Assembly (NCBI GenBank): GCA_001780035.1
Contig: MFEY01000008.1
Span: forward strand, 43,371-84,096
Length of the DNA stretch: 40,726 bases
Source: Candidatus Doudnabacteria bacterium RIFCSPHIGHO2_12_FULL_48_16
Lineage (GTDB): Bacteria; Patescibacteriota; Doudnabacteria; UBA920; O2-02-FULL-48-8
Reading direction: 5' to 3'
Shown here: one piece after another, positions 26,506-34,554 of the stretch
How the letters are laid out: the number at the start of each line of letters is the position of its first letter
How positions within the stretch are numbered: the first letter of the stretch is position 1
Made by a program: the position numbers and the translations under genes
Notes under the pieces: model-generated
Told to the model about the DNA's origin: nothing
The model's input: only the letters and a program-made list of their open reading frames with translations
Database searches by the model: none

Positions 26506-26728
26506 TAATTCACGGGTTCCGTGGTCGAGGAATCCAAATCTTAACGAAATAGCAATAAAACTATGAAAAAAATTATTAAAGAGATACTAACTAACAGAAG
26601 GGTACGCAACAGCTCTGTTTTGATGTCGCTTATTGCAACCGTCATGAGCGTTGGGGCACCGTGGTTTGATCGTTAGTCCACTGGTCTTCTTTTTGAGATT
26701 GGGGAGACGTGCAACCGTCTTTATCTTT

Positions 26729-28141
26729 ATGATCAGACCAGGAGGATTATTTAATAAGATTATACGTTCTCACTCGAATGACGAAGACACCGCCCGCCGA
26801 GAACGCATACTAAATACGCTTTTATTATCCTGTGGCGGTTTATTTGTCGCCTCGTTTTTAATCTCTCTCTACCAGTTTTTCATCCTGCCGCAATATAGAG
26901 GATTGTATCCAGTCTTTTTTCTTTTAATTATTTTTTGGCTAGGTTTTTTATATTGGTTTTCTAGAACAGGTAGACTTAAGATTGCCTCATACTTATTTTT
27001 AGGCTCATTTGCTCTTCTCCCCACGTATGCCATATATCATTGGGGAGCAGATGTTGTTGCTGGTTTGCTGTTCTATATTTTGGTCATAGTCATGTCGGGG
27101 ATACTGCTCGGAAGTCGAGGTGGTCTTATTGCGACAGGCTTTGCAGTTCTTTTTATTAACGTAGTTACCTATCTACAGGTAAATAAAATTATTGATCCAA
27201 TATCTTACTGGAAAGCAAAACCGTTTAATATGAGCGACACCTTTGCTGTGTCGATTATCTTTTCTATCATCGCTATAGTTTCCTGGCTTTCAAGTCATGA
27301 GGTAGAAAAGTCAATTATAAGGGCAAGAAAATCAGAAGCCGATCTCAAGGATGAAAGAGATTCGTTGGAGGTTAAAGTCGATCAGCGCACTAAAGAGCTG
27401 AAGGAGGTTCAGGCGGAGAAGATGTCTCAATTATATCGCTTCGCTGAATTTGGAAGGATTTCCTCCGGCCTTTTTCATGATCTTATTAATCCTCTGAATG
27501 CCGTGTCACTCAACTTGGGAAAGACGGATGGCACAGCGGAGGAAACAAAGCAGTATGTAGGAAACGCAGTACGAGCCGCGAAGAAGCTGGAAGACTTGGT
27601 TGTTGCGGTACGCAAGCAATTGACGCGCGAAGAAACAAAAGCTCTATTTTTGATTGAGCAGGAAATCCGGCACGTCATTGAGGTGCTTTCTCATAAGGCA
27701 GAAAAAGCCAATGTCGAATTGCGCTTCACGCCGAAAAGTGATATCCAAATTTTTGGCGATGCGATAAAATTTAATCAGATCGTGCTCAATCTCGTTGCCA
27801 ACGGCATTGACGCGTGCATGCCACCTACGGCGGAACTGGTGCCAGTAAGCTTGGCCGATCGGTGGGTACGGGTATCTCTGGTGGAAGAACCAGAGGTCAT
27901 CATCATGATCGTGGAGGATAACGGTGTCGGAATACCCGAACACCATATGAGCAAAATCTTCGAGCCGTTTTTTACTACAAAAATAAACGGGCAGGGAATT
28001 GGCATCGGTCTATCAATGGCTAAGCGAATCGTGGAAAAAGACTTCGGAGGCGTACTCATTGCCAAGAGCGAAGCCGGTAGAGGATCATCCTTTAAGGTAT
28101 CTCTACCCATGCATAAACAAGCTATAGAATATGCAGCATAA
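26729..28141 (+). CDS. Sensor histidine kinase
   Basis: A multi-span N-terminal domain and a coiled coil are followed by the H-box FHDLINPLNAV, N-box LNLVANGIDA, G1 DNGVGIP and G2 GIGIGLSMA. The ATG at 26729 is preferred over TTG at 26651. Confidence 0.85.
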   Translation: MIRPGGLFNKIIRSHSNDEDTARRERILNTLLLSCGGLFVASFLISLYQFFILPQYRGLYPVFFLLIIFWLGFLYWFSRTGRLKIASYLFLGSFALLPTYAIYHWGADVVAGLLFYILVIVMSGILLGSRGGLIATGFAVLFINVVTYLQVNKIIDPISYWKAKPFNMSDTFAVSIIFSIIAIVSWLSSHEVEKSIIRARKSEADLKDERDSLEVKVDQRTKELKEVQAEKMSQLYRFAEFGRISSGLFHDLINPLNAVSLNLGKTDGTAEETKQYVGNAVRAAKKLEDLVVAVRKQLTREETKALFLIEQEIRHVIEVLSHKAEKANVELRFTPKSDIQIFGDAIKFNQIVLNLVANGIDACMPPTAELVPVSLADRWVRVSLVEEPEVIIMIVEDNGVGIPEHHMSKIFEPFFTTKINGQGIGIGLSMAKRIVEKDFGGVLIAKSEAGRGSSFKVSLPMHKQAIEYAA

Positions 28142-29498
28142 TCAATTCATCGACAATTTAATTTTAATCTTAGAATCTGGCGAGAATGTCGGAGGTATAA
28201 AGCTGGCGCAGATTGTAAAACGTCTGACCGAGATGGAGGTCGACGAAGGGGGCCCCTACTCCCTGGAACCAAAACAGGGGGCAACTGACATTGGCCTTAA
28301 CTTGGCCGTTGCCTGTTTTCTTGCGCTTCAGGATATCCACCTGCCTAAGCTTGATGCTTTTCTAGAAAAGCATCTCTCAAATATCACAGAACCATTCGAC
28401 AGTGTTATTGACGACAAAACAGTTCGCTCTCTCATTGATAAATATCAAACGCTTATTGGCAGCATCGACAATGAGGATTTGGTCAAACAACCGATTGCCT
28501 ACGACGAGAATGAGCAACGAATTATGGATTTGATACAAAAAAAGATTAACGCACGATTTGAGACCTTCTCTCCCGCTCTAAAGGAACAAGCAAAAGAAGT
28601 AATCGCAAAAACGATCCTTGGTAACCGGGACAAACAAATGCCATTAATGGCCTACTATACAAAAGTCTCACTTGGAAGGAGTGGAGAGGCTATCCCGGAT
28701 GAACTAGTCGCTGACATAGGCGTTGCTAACATTTTTTTCTGGACTGCATTTATCATCTACGATGACTTTTGGGATCGAGATGAAGCGGCCGATCCACGCT
28801 TGCTTCCAATTGCAAATATTTTGGCACGACACTACACAGACTTTTTTATTGTTCTGTCCGACGACAAGGAATTTCGTCCATTCTTTCATGACTTAATGGA
28901 TAAGCTGGATGGTTCAAACGCTTGGGAGATTGAGAATTGCCGAGCCAAAATTGATGGAAATATTTTTTATATTCCAACGACCCTACCGGACTTTGGAGAC
29001 TACGAAAATAAATATCGTCCAGCGTCTGGTCATATTCTTTCTTCTGTTGCCATACTCACGCAATTCGGTAAAGAGCTCAAGACTGAAGACTGGGGGAATA
29101 TCGTTTCGTACTTCAAACACTATTTGATTGCAATGCAATTAAATGACGATGCTCATGACTGGGAAGAAGATCTGCGGCGCGGCCACTTGAGTACCGTGGT
29201 CACACTTCTCCTCAGTGATCTCAAAAAGAGCGGATGGAAAAAAGAAACTATTGATCTTAGTACGGATCTTCCGGAAATCAAAAAAATATTTTGGTTTGTA
29301 ACCATGCCCCAATACATCAAAATAGCATTATCGGAAACGGCAACATCACGAAAAGCTCTTCGTGCAATTTCCATAATCGAAGAACCTGCTCCTCTTGAGC
29401 GAATCGTTTCGATAACAGAGGACGTGGCCTACCAGGCGGAGAGTGAGAGCATCGATTCCGGTGCCATACTCAAGGAATACGCCAATACCCAAGGATAG
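28131..29498 (+). CDS. Class I isoprenoid-synthase-fold (polyprenyl-synthase-like) protein, function unknown
   Basis: There are two Asp-rich motifs, IIYDDFWDRDE and AMQLNDDAHDWEEDLRRGHLST. The second resembles the FQxxDDxxD...GK.T motif of trans-prenyl synthases. The gene overlaps the kinase stop by 11 nt. Confidence 0.45.
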   Translation: MQHNQFIDNLILILESGENVGGIKLAQIVKRLTEMEVDEGGPYSLEPKQGATDIGLNLAVACFLALQDIHLPKLDAFLEKHLSNITEPFDSVIDDKTVRSLIDKYQTLIGSIDNEDLVKQPIAYDENEQRIMDLIQKKINARFETFSPALKEQAKEVIAKTILGNRDKQMPLMAYYTKVSLGRSGEAIPDELVADIGVANIFFWTAFIIYDDFWDRDEAADPRLLPIANILARHYTDFFIVLSDDKEFRPFFHDLMDKLDGSNAWEIENCRAKIDGNIFYIPTTLPDFGDYENKYRPASGHILSSVAILTQFGKELKTEDWGNIVSYFKHYLIAMQLNDDAHDWEEDLRRGHLSTVVTLLLSDLKKSGWKKETIDLSTDLPEIKKIFWFVTMPQYIKIALSETATSRKALRAISIIEEPAPLERIVSITEDVAYQAESESIDSGAILKEYANTQG

Positions 29499-29510
29499 CC
29501 GTAATGACTT

Positions 29511-29535
29511 AAAAAGGGCTCTAAAGCCCCTTTTT
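29511..29535 (+). terminator. Intrinsic terminator (A-run / hairpin / T-run, potentially bidirectional)
   Basis: AAAAAGGGCT CTAA AGCCCCTTTTT. Confidence 0.6.
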
Positions 29536-29627
29536 ATTAGCCCGTGTTTGCCGTTATTTGGCCCCGTAGCGAGTTTTTGATGCTTCTGCGAGTCTTGGGG
29601 AGGGGAGGATCTCCACAAGGGAGAGAC

Positions 29628-29656
29628 TTGCACTTGCCGTCATAATCCGTTATAAT
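29628..29656 (+). promoter_or_regulatory. Sigma70-like promoter of the fic/type I R-M operon
   Basis: TTGCAC (29628-29633), a 17-nt spacer, then TATAAT (29651-29656). It is embedded in 10-nt tandem repeats. Confidence 0.55.
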
Positions 29657-29666
29657 CCGTCATATA
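29641..29666. repeat. 10-nt tandem repeat (2.6 copies) overlapping the -10 region
   Basis: CATAATCCGT TATAATCCGT CATATA. Confidence 0.7.
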
Positions 29667-29694
29667 GACTATAACGTTAAAAGTTAAGCTATTT

Positions 29695-30759
29695 ATGAAC
29701 GACATTACCCGAAAATTTGATCATCGCATTAAAAATCCAGAACCGCACATCGTGGCTCTTTTGGCTGAGATTGATGGTATTCGTGGCGAGTTCAAAGGAG
29801 GCTTAAGAATGACGCCTCAGGCAATTACTAATCTCAAAAGATCAACGCTGATCACTTCTGCCGGTGCATCGACTCGTATTGAGGGTGCAAAGCTGACCGA
29901 TGAGGAAGTCGAGAAGGTCATGCATGGCCTTGCGGTCTCAAAGTTTTCTGATCGTGATTCACAGGAAGTGCAAGGATACTTAGAAACACTTCAAAATGTT
30001 TTTGACAGCTTCCAGACTTTACCACTTCGAGAGAGTGTAATCACTTCGCTTCACAATCAACTTCTGAAATACTCTCACAAGGACGACACACATCGTGGCG
30101 GTTACAAGAAGACAGAAAACACAGTCGGGGTACTTGGACCGGATGGAAAAGTCGCAAAAATAATGTTTGAAACGACACCGGCATTTCTCACTGCAAAGGA
30201 AATGCAGGAACTTGTCGAGTGGACGCAAGACGCGATGGAAAAGAATCGTTTCCACCAGCTTTTAATCATCGCCAATTTTATTGTCGAGTTTTTGAAGATA
30301 CATCCATTTGAAGATGGTAATGGGCGTCTTTCGCGCGTCCTCACAAATCTTTTGCTTCTGCACTCCGGCTACACCTTTATACAGTACGTCTCGCACGAGC
30401 AAATTATTGAGCGTCGTAAAGATGAATATTATATAGCCCTCCGTAAATCACAGGAGACATTCAAGACTGACCACGACACCATTTCGCCTTGGTTGAATTT
30501 CTTTTTGTCTGTCGTGCGAGAGCAAGCAACGAAAGCACTATCGTATTTACAAGAAGAAAAGATTGAGGACACTCTCTCGCCTAAGCAGTATGAAGTGTGG
30601 AAATATATTTCAAATGTTGGAGAGTCAGGTCCTGGCGATATTGTAAAAGAAACCGGCATCGCGCTAGGCACCGTTCGCCAAGCGCTTAGGAGTTTGGTCG
30701 AGCTGGGCAAGATTAAGCGTATTGGCCGTGGCCGTGGTACGAGATACGTAAAAATATAA
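29695..30759 (+). CDS. fic: Fic family protein (class II, N-terminal inhibitory motif) with C-terminal winged HTH
   Basis: The Fic motif is HPFEDGNGRLSRV. The inhibitory (S/T)xxxE(G/N) motif STRIEG lies upstream in the same chain. The C-terminus LGTVRQALRSLVELGKIKRIGRGRGTRY is wHTH-like. Confidence 0.85.
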   Translation: MNDITRKFDHRIKNPEPHIVALLAEIDGIRGEFKGGLRMTPQAITNLKRSTLITSAGASTRIEGAKLTDEEVEKVMHGLAVSKFSDRDSQEVQGYLETLQNVFDSFQTLPLRESVITSLHNQLLKYSHKDDTHRGGYKKTENTVGVLGPDGKVAKIMFETTPAFLTAKEMQELVEWTQDAMEKNRFHQLLIIANFIVEFLKIHPFEDGNGRLSRVLTNLLLLHSGYTFIQYVSHEQIIERRKDEYYIALRKSQETFKTDHDTISPWLNFFLSVVREQATKALSYLQEEKIEDTLSPKQYEVWKYISNVGESGPGDIVKETGIALGTVRQALRSLVELGKIKRIGRGRGTRYVKI

Positions 30760-30763
30760 TTTT

Positions 30764-31675
30764 ATGGCACTATTCAAAATTAACGGCACAACCGTCAAAA
30801 AAATAACCGCAAAAGACCTCGATCTAGAGAGGAATTTGCAAGTGCTTTTCGAAGCCAACCTTGATGAGCTTTTAAATATTAGTTTCCTTGCCCACGAATA
30901 TTCAACTAGCTCTGGTGGACGCATTGATACTCTTGGCGTAGATAAAGACGGTGCACCTTGCATTATCGAGTATAAAAAGAATCAAAACGATAGCGTTATT
31001 AATCAAGGGCTTTCATATTTGTATTGGTTATTGGATCACAAAGCAGACTTTGAAAAAGTGTGCGCCGATAAGAAATTGGAGGTGGCCATTGATTGGGATT
31101 CTCCTCGTGTGATTTGCATAGCAGAAAACTACAACAAATTCGATCTCGATACAGTGAATATCTTGCCAATCAATGTGGAACTTTGGCGGTATCGCATTTA
31201 TGACGAAAATATTCTTTTCTTAGAGCCGGAAAATTTTCAAAAAGTAAAAGTATCAACGACTGGTATCGTGCGCAGAGCAAAACAGGACAAAGAGCGACAG
31301 CCGGTATTACAAAAGAATTACACGCTTGATCACCATACGCGAAAGGCCTCAGATGAAATTAAAACTCTCTTCCAAAAAGTTCGAGAGTATATTCTTTCCA
31401 TTGACGAAGCGATTAAGGAGGACCCTAAAAAGCTCTACATAGCTTATAAGTTGGCAACTAATTTTGTTGATATTGAAGTACGAAGCAAGGACCTAAAGAT
31501 TTTTCTCAATGTGGAAAGTGGCAAACTTAATGATACGTCCGGCATAGCCCGGGATCTCACAAAGCCAAAGACTGGCCATTGGGGTAATGGTGATTATGAG
31601 GTCAAATTGGAAAACGAAAGCAATCTGGACGCTGTTTTTGCTTTGATCAAGCAAAGCTACGACCTCAACAAATAA
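30764..31675 (+). CDS. PD-(D/E)XK (NucS/DUF91-like) N-terminal domain protein with DUF5655-like C-terminus
   Basis: GRIDTLGVDKDGAPCIIEYKK is a typical D...E.K nuclease core. The gap to fic is 4 nt and the gap to hsdM is 1 nt. Confidence 0.55.
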   Translation: MALFKINGTTVKKITAKDLDLERNLQVLFEANLDELLNISFLAHEYSTSSGGRIDTLGVDKDGAPCIIEYKKNQNDSVINQGLSYLYWLLDHKADFEKVCADKKLEVAIDWDSPRVICIAENYNKFDLDTVNILPINVELWRYRIYDENILFLEPENFQKVKVSTTGIVRRAKQDKERQPVLQKNYTLDHHTRKASDEIKTLFQKVREYILSIDEAIKEDPKKLYIAYKLATNFVDIEVRSKDLKIFLNVESGKLNDTSGIARDLTKPKTGHWGNGDYEVKLENESNLDAVFALIKQSYDLNK

Positions 31676-31676
31676 T

Positions 31677-33263
31677 ATGAGTAAAGACTATTCACAATTG
31701 AATGTAACCAAAGAGCAAGAGCGTGCGGAATTGCATCGTGCTATTTGGCAGATCGCCAATGACTTGCGCGGAAGCGTAGATGGTTGGGATTTCAAGCAGT
31801 ACGTACTCGGTATACTCTTTTATCGTTTCATTAGTGAAAATTTGACCAGCTATATAAATGCTGATGAACGCCGTGCGGGTAAAAAAGATTTTGACTACGC
31901 TACACTTTCCAACAAAGAAGCAGAATTCGGTAGAGCTGATACCGTCAAAGAAAAAGGTTTTTATATTTTGCCAAGTGAGCTTTTTGTGAATGTCAGGAAA
32001 AATGCTCGCAATGACGCCAACCTCAACGAAACCCTTACAGCCGTTTTTCGTAATATTGAAAATTCTGCGAAAGGCGCAAACAGCGAAGATGATATCAAAG
32101 GCTTGTTTGATGACCTTGATGTCAACTCTAATAAATTAGGAAGTACGGTAGAAAAACGAAACCATAAACTCACGAAGCTGTTTGAATCCATCGGTGATCT
32201 TCGCTTGGGTAACTACTCCGACAATACCATAGACGCTTTCGGCGATGCGTATGAGTTCCTCATGACCATGTACGCTTCAAACGCAGGCAAGTCCGGAGGC
32301 GAGTTTTACACCCCACAGGAAGTCAGCGAACTTTTGGCGGAAATCACCACTGTTGGCAAAAAAGAAGTGAACAAGGTGTATGACCCGGCTTGTGGTTCTG
32401 GTTCGTTACTTCTCAAATTTGCCAAGGTACTCGGCAAAGAAAATGTTCGGCAGGGCTTTTTCGGGCAGGAGATCAACCTCACCACCTACAATCTCTGCCG
32501 TATCAATATGTTCCTGCACGACATCAACTACAATAATTTTGATATTGCTCACGGCGATACACTCGTTGACCCGAAACACTGGGATGATGAACCGTTTGAC
32601 GCAATCGTTTCCAATCCGCCATATTCTATTCACTGGGAGGGCGACGCCAATCCGCTTCTTATTAACGATCCGCGTTTTTCACCGGCGGGAGTGCTTGCTC
32701 CAAAGAGTAAGGCTGACCTCGCTTTTACTATGCACATGCTTAGCTGGCTTTCTACCAGTGGCACGGCCGCGATCGTTGAATTCCCGGGCGTCCTCTATCG
32801 TGGTGGTGCAGAGCAGAAGATTCGTAAATACTTGATAGACAACAACTATGTCGATGCGGTTATCCAGCTACCGCCCGATCTCTTTTTTGGTACTACTATT
32901 GCCACTTGCATCATCGTGCTTAAAAAGAGCAAGAAAGATAATAAAACACTTTTTATCGATGCCTCTGCTGAGTTTGCTCGTGGTGGCAACAAGAATAAAT
33001 TGAGCGAGACGAATCGCTTAAAGATTTTGGAAGCATTCAGCACTCGTAAAGACGCAAAGTATTTTGCCAAGCTCGTGGACAATAAAGCCATTGCTGAGAA
33101 TGACTACAATATTGCCGTTTCAAGCTATGTCGTGGCAGAAGACACTCGCGAGGTGGTAGACATTACTGAGCTGAATACGAGAATAGCTGGCATCGTCACA
33201 CGGCAACAGGAACTCCGCACCTCGATTGATGACATTGTGGCTGATATTGAAGGAACAAAATAA
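31677..33263 (+). CDS. hsdM: Type I restriction-modification methyltransferase subunit
   Basis: The N-terminal HsdM_N pattern is LHRAIWQIANDLRGSVDGWDFKQYVLGILFYRFIS. Motif I is DPACGSGSLL and motif IV is SNPPYS. Confidence 0.95.
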   Translation: MSKDYSQLNVTKEQERAELHRAIWQIANDLRGSVDGWDFKQYVLGILFYRFISENLTSYINADERRAGKKDFDYATLSNKEAEFGRADTVKEKGFYILPSELFVNVRKNARNDANLNETLTAVFRNIENSAKGANSEDDIKGLFDDLDVNSNKLGSTVEKRNHKLTKLFESIGDLRLGNYSDNTIDAFGDAYEFLMTMYASNAGKSGGEFYTPQEVSELLAEITTVGKKEVNKVYDPACGSGSLLLKFAKVLGKENVRQGFFGQEINLTTYNLCRINMFLHDINYNNFDIAHGDTLVDPKHWDDEPFDAIVSNPPYSIHWEGDANPLLINDPRFSPAGVLAPKSKADLAFTMHMLSWLSTSGTAAIVEFPGVLYRGGAEQKIRKYLIDNNYVDAVIQLPPDLFFGTTIATCIIVLKKSKKDNKTLFIDASAEFARGGNKNKLSETNRLKILEAFSTRKDAKYFAKLVDNKAIAENDYNIAVSSYVVAEDTREVVDITELNTRIAGIVTRQQELRTSIDDIVADIEGTK

Positions 33264-33264
33264 T

Positions 33265-34554
33265 ATGACTAAACCTATAAGCAAAATTGAACAGTTAATT
33301 GCCAAGCTCTGCCCGAATGGGGTTGAGTTTAAGGAGTTGGGAGAACTTGGCGAGTTTTATGGCGGGCTGACTGGTAAAAGCAAAGATGATTTTAGTAATG
33401 GTAACGCAAAATTCGTTACCTACATGAACATATATTCCAACATCGCAGTCAATACCGATATCAATGTCTTTGTAAAAGTAGGTAAAGACGAAAACCAAAA
33501 CAGGATCGAGTATGGTGATGTGTTATTTACGGGCTCATCAGAAACACCGGACGAGTGTGGAATGTCCTCTGTTTTAACAAAGAAAATTAATGAGTCACTG
33601 TATCTAAATAGTTTCTCTTTTGGCTTTCGCCTGAATGATAAGGATTTATTGTTGCCTGAGTTTTCTAAGTATTTATTTAGGGATGAACAGATGAGGAAAC
33701 AGATTGCAAAAACTGCCAGTGGAGTGACGAGATTTAATGTCTCAAAAAAGCGTTTTGCAAAAATTAAAATACCCCTACCACCACTTGCGGTGCAAGAAAA
33801 TATTGTCAAAACTCTTAATAGTTTTACAGAGCTGGAAGCAGAGCTGGAAGCAGAGCTGGAAGCAGAGCTGGAAGCAAGAAAGAAGCAGTATGAACATTAT
33901 CGCTCACAGCTTTTGACGTTTAAGGACGGAACCGAGAGAGAGAGAGAGAGAGAGAGAGTAAGGTGGGCGGCGATATCGGAGATCTGTATGCCGACGAATA
34001 ACATTAAATGGAAAGAAACCAAAAAAACTTATCACTACATCGATCTGACGTCCGTTAGTCGAGAAAATCACATGATTACTGAAACTATAGAAATAAACGC
34101 AGAAAACGCTCCAAGTCGAGCGCAAAAAATCGTTGAAAAAGACGATGTGATTTTTGCGACCACGCGTCCAACCTTGCGACGTTTTGCAATAATCGGTGAT
34201 GACTATGCTAGTGAAGTAGCAAGTACTGGCTATTGTGTTTTACGTGCCAATACTTCCCAAGTACTACCGAAGTGGATTTACTATAATATTTCTGCTTTAG
34301 CTTTCAATGAATATGTCGAAAAAAATCAGGAGGGTTCAGCGTACCCATCAATTTCTGATACGAAGGTAAAGGCGTTTAAAATTCCAGTTCCAGCAATTTC
34401 CGAACAAGAGCGCATCGTTTCGATATTAGATAAGTTCGAATCACTCGTGAACGATATTTCCATTGGCTTACCGGCCGAGATTGCCGCGCGCTGGTCGCAA
34501 TACGAATACTACCGAGGCAAGCTGTTAACTTTCAACGAATATGTCCCAGCATAA
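33265..34554 (+). CDS. hsdS: Type I restriction-modification specificity subunit
   Basis: Two TRD halves are separated by the central conserved region KKQYEHYRSQLLTF. The C-terminal conserved region is QYEYYRGKLLTF. The gene contains simple-sequence repeats (SSRs); see the repeat entries. Confidence 0.9.
   Translation: MTKPISKIEQLIAKLCPNGVEFKELGELGEFYGGLTGKSKDDFSNGNAKFVTYMNIYSNIAVNTDINVFVKVGKDENQNRIEYGDVLFTGSSETPDECGMSSVLTKKINESLYLNSFSFGFRLNDKDLLLPEFSKYLFRDEQMRKQIAKTASGVTRFNVSKKRFAKIKIPLPPLAVQENIVKTLNSFTELEAELEAELEAELEARKKQYEHYRSQLLTFKDGTERERERERVRWAAISEICMPTNNIKWKETKKTYHYIDLTSVSRENHMITETIEINAENAPSRAQKIVEKDDVIFATTRPTLRRFAIIGDDYASEVASTGYCVLRANTSQVLPKWIYYNISALAFNEYVEKNQEGSAYPSISDTKVKAFKIPVPAISEQERIVSILDKFESLVNDISIGLPAEIAARWSQYEYYRGKLLTFNEYVPA
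33829..33876 (+). repeat. Four perfect tandem copies of the 12-nt unit GAGCTGGAAGCA inside hsdS (encodes (ELEA)x4)
   Basis: Read directly from the sequence: 33829-33840, 33841-33852, 33853-33864 and 33865-33876. The repeats lie just upstream of the central conserved region. Confidence 0.95.
33934..33958 (+). repeat. (GA)12 dinucleotide tract inside hsdS (encodes ERERERER)
   Basis: Read directly from the sequence. The tract lies just after the central conserved region, at the entry to TRD2. Confidence 0.95.

Noticed and set aside
26651-26728. TTG-initiated extension of the histidine kinase ORF
   Set aside because: It overlaps the small upstream ORF, uses a rare start and adds a non-conserved basic segment. 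ATG 26729 is more plausible, although this is not proven.
29346-29633. 95-aa minus-strand ORF spanning the end of the isoprenoid-synthase-like gene and the intergenic region
   Set aside because: It overlaps the + strand CDS, the terminator and the promoter region, and has no motif or plausible start context.
33829-33958. Possible CRISPR or other repeat array
   Set aside because: The repeat units are 12 nt and 2 nt with no spacers, and they lie in-frame inside hsdS. No CRISPR array or cas gene is present anywhere in the window.
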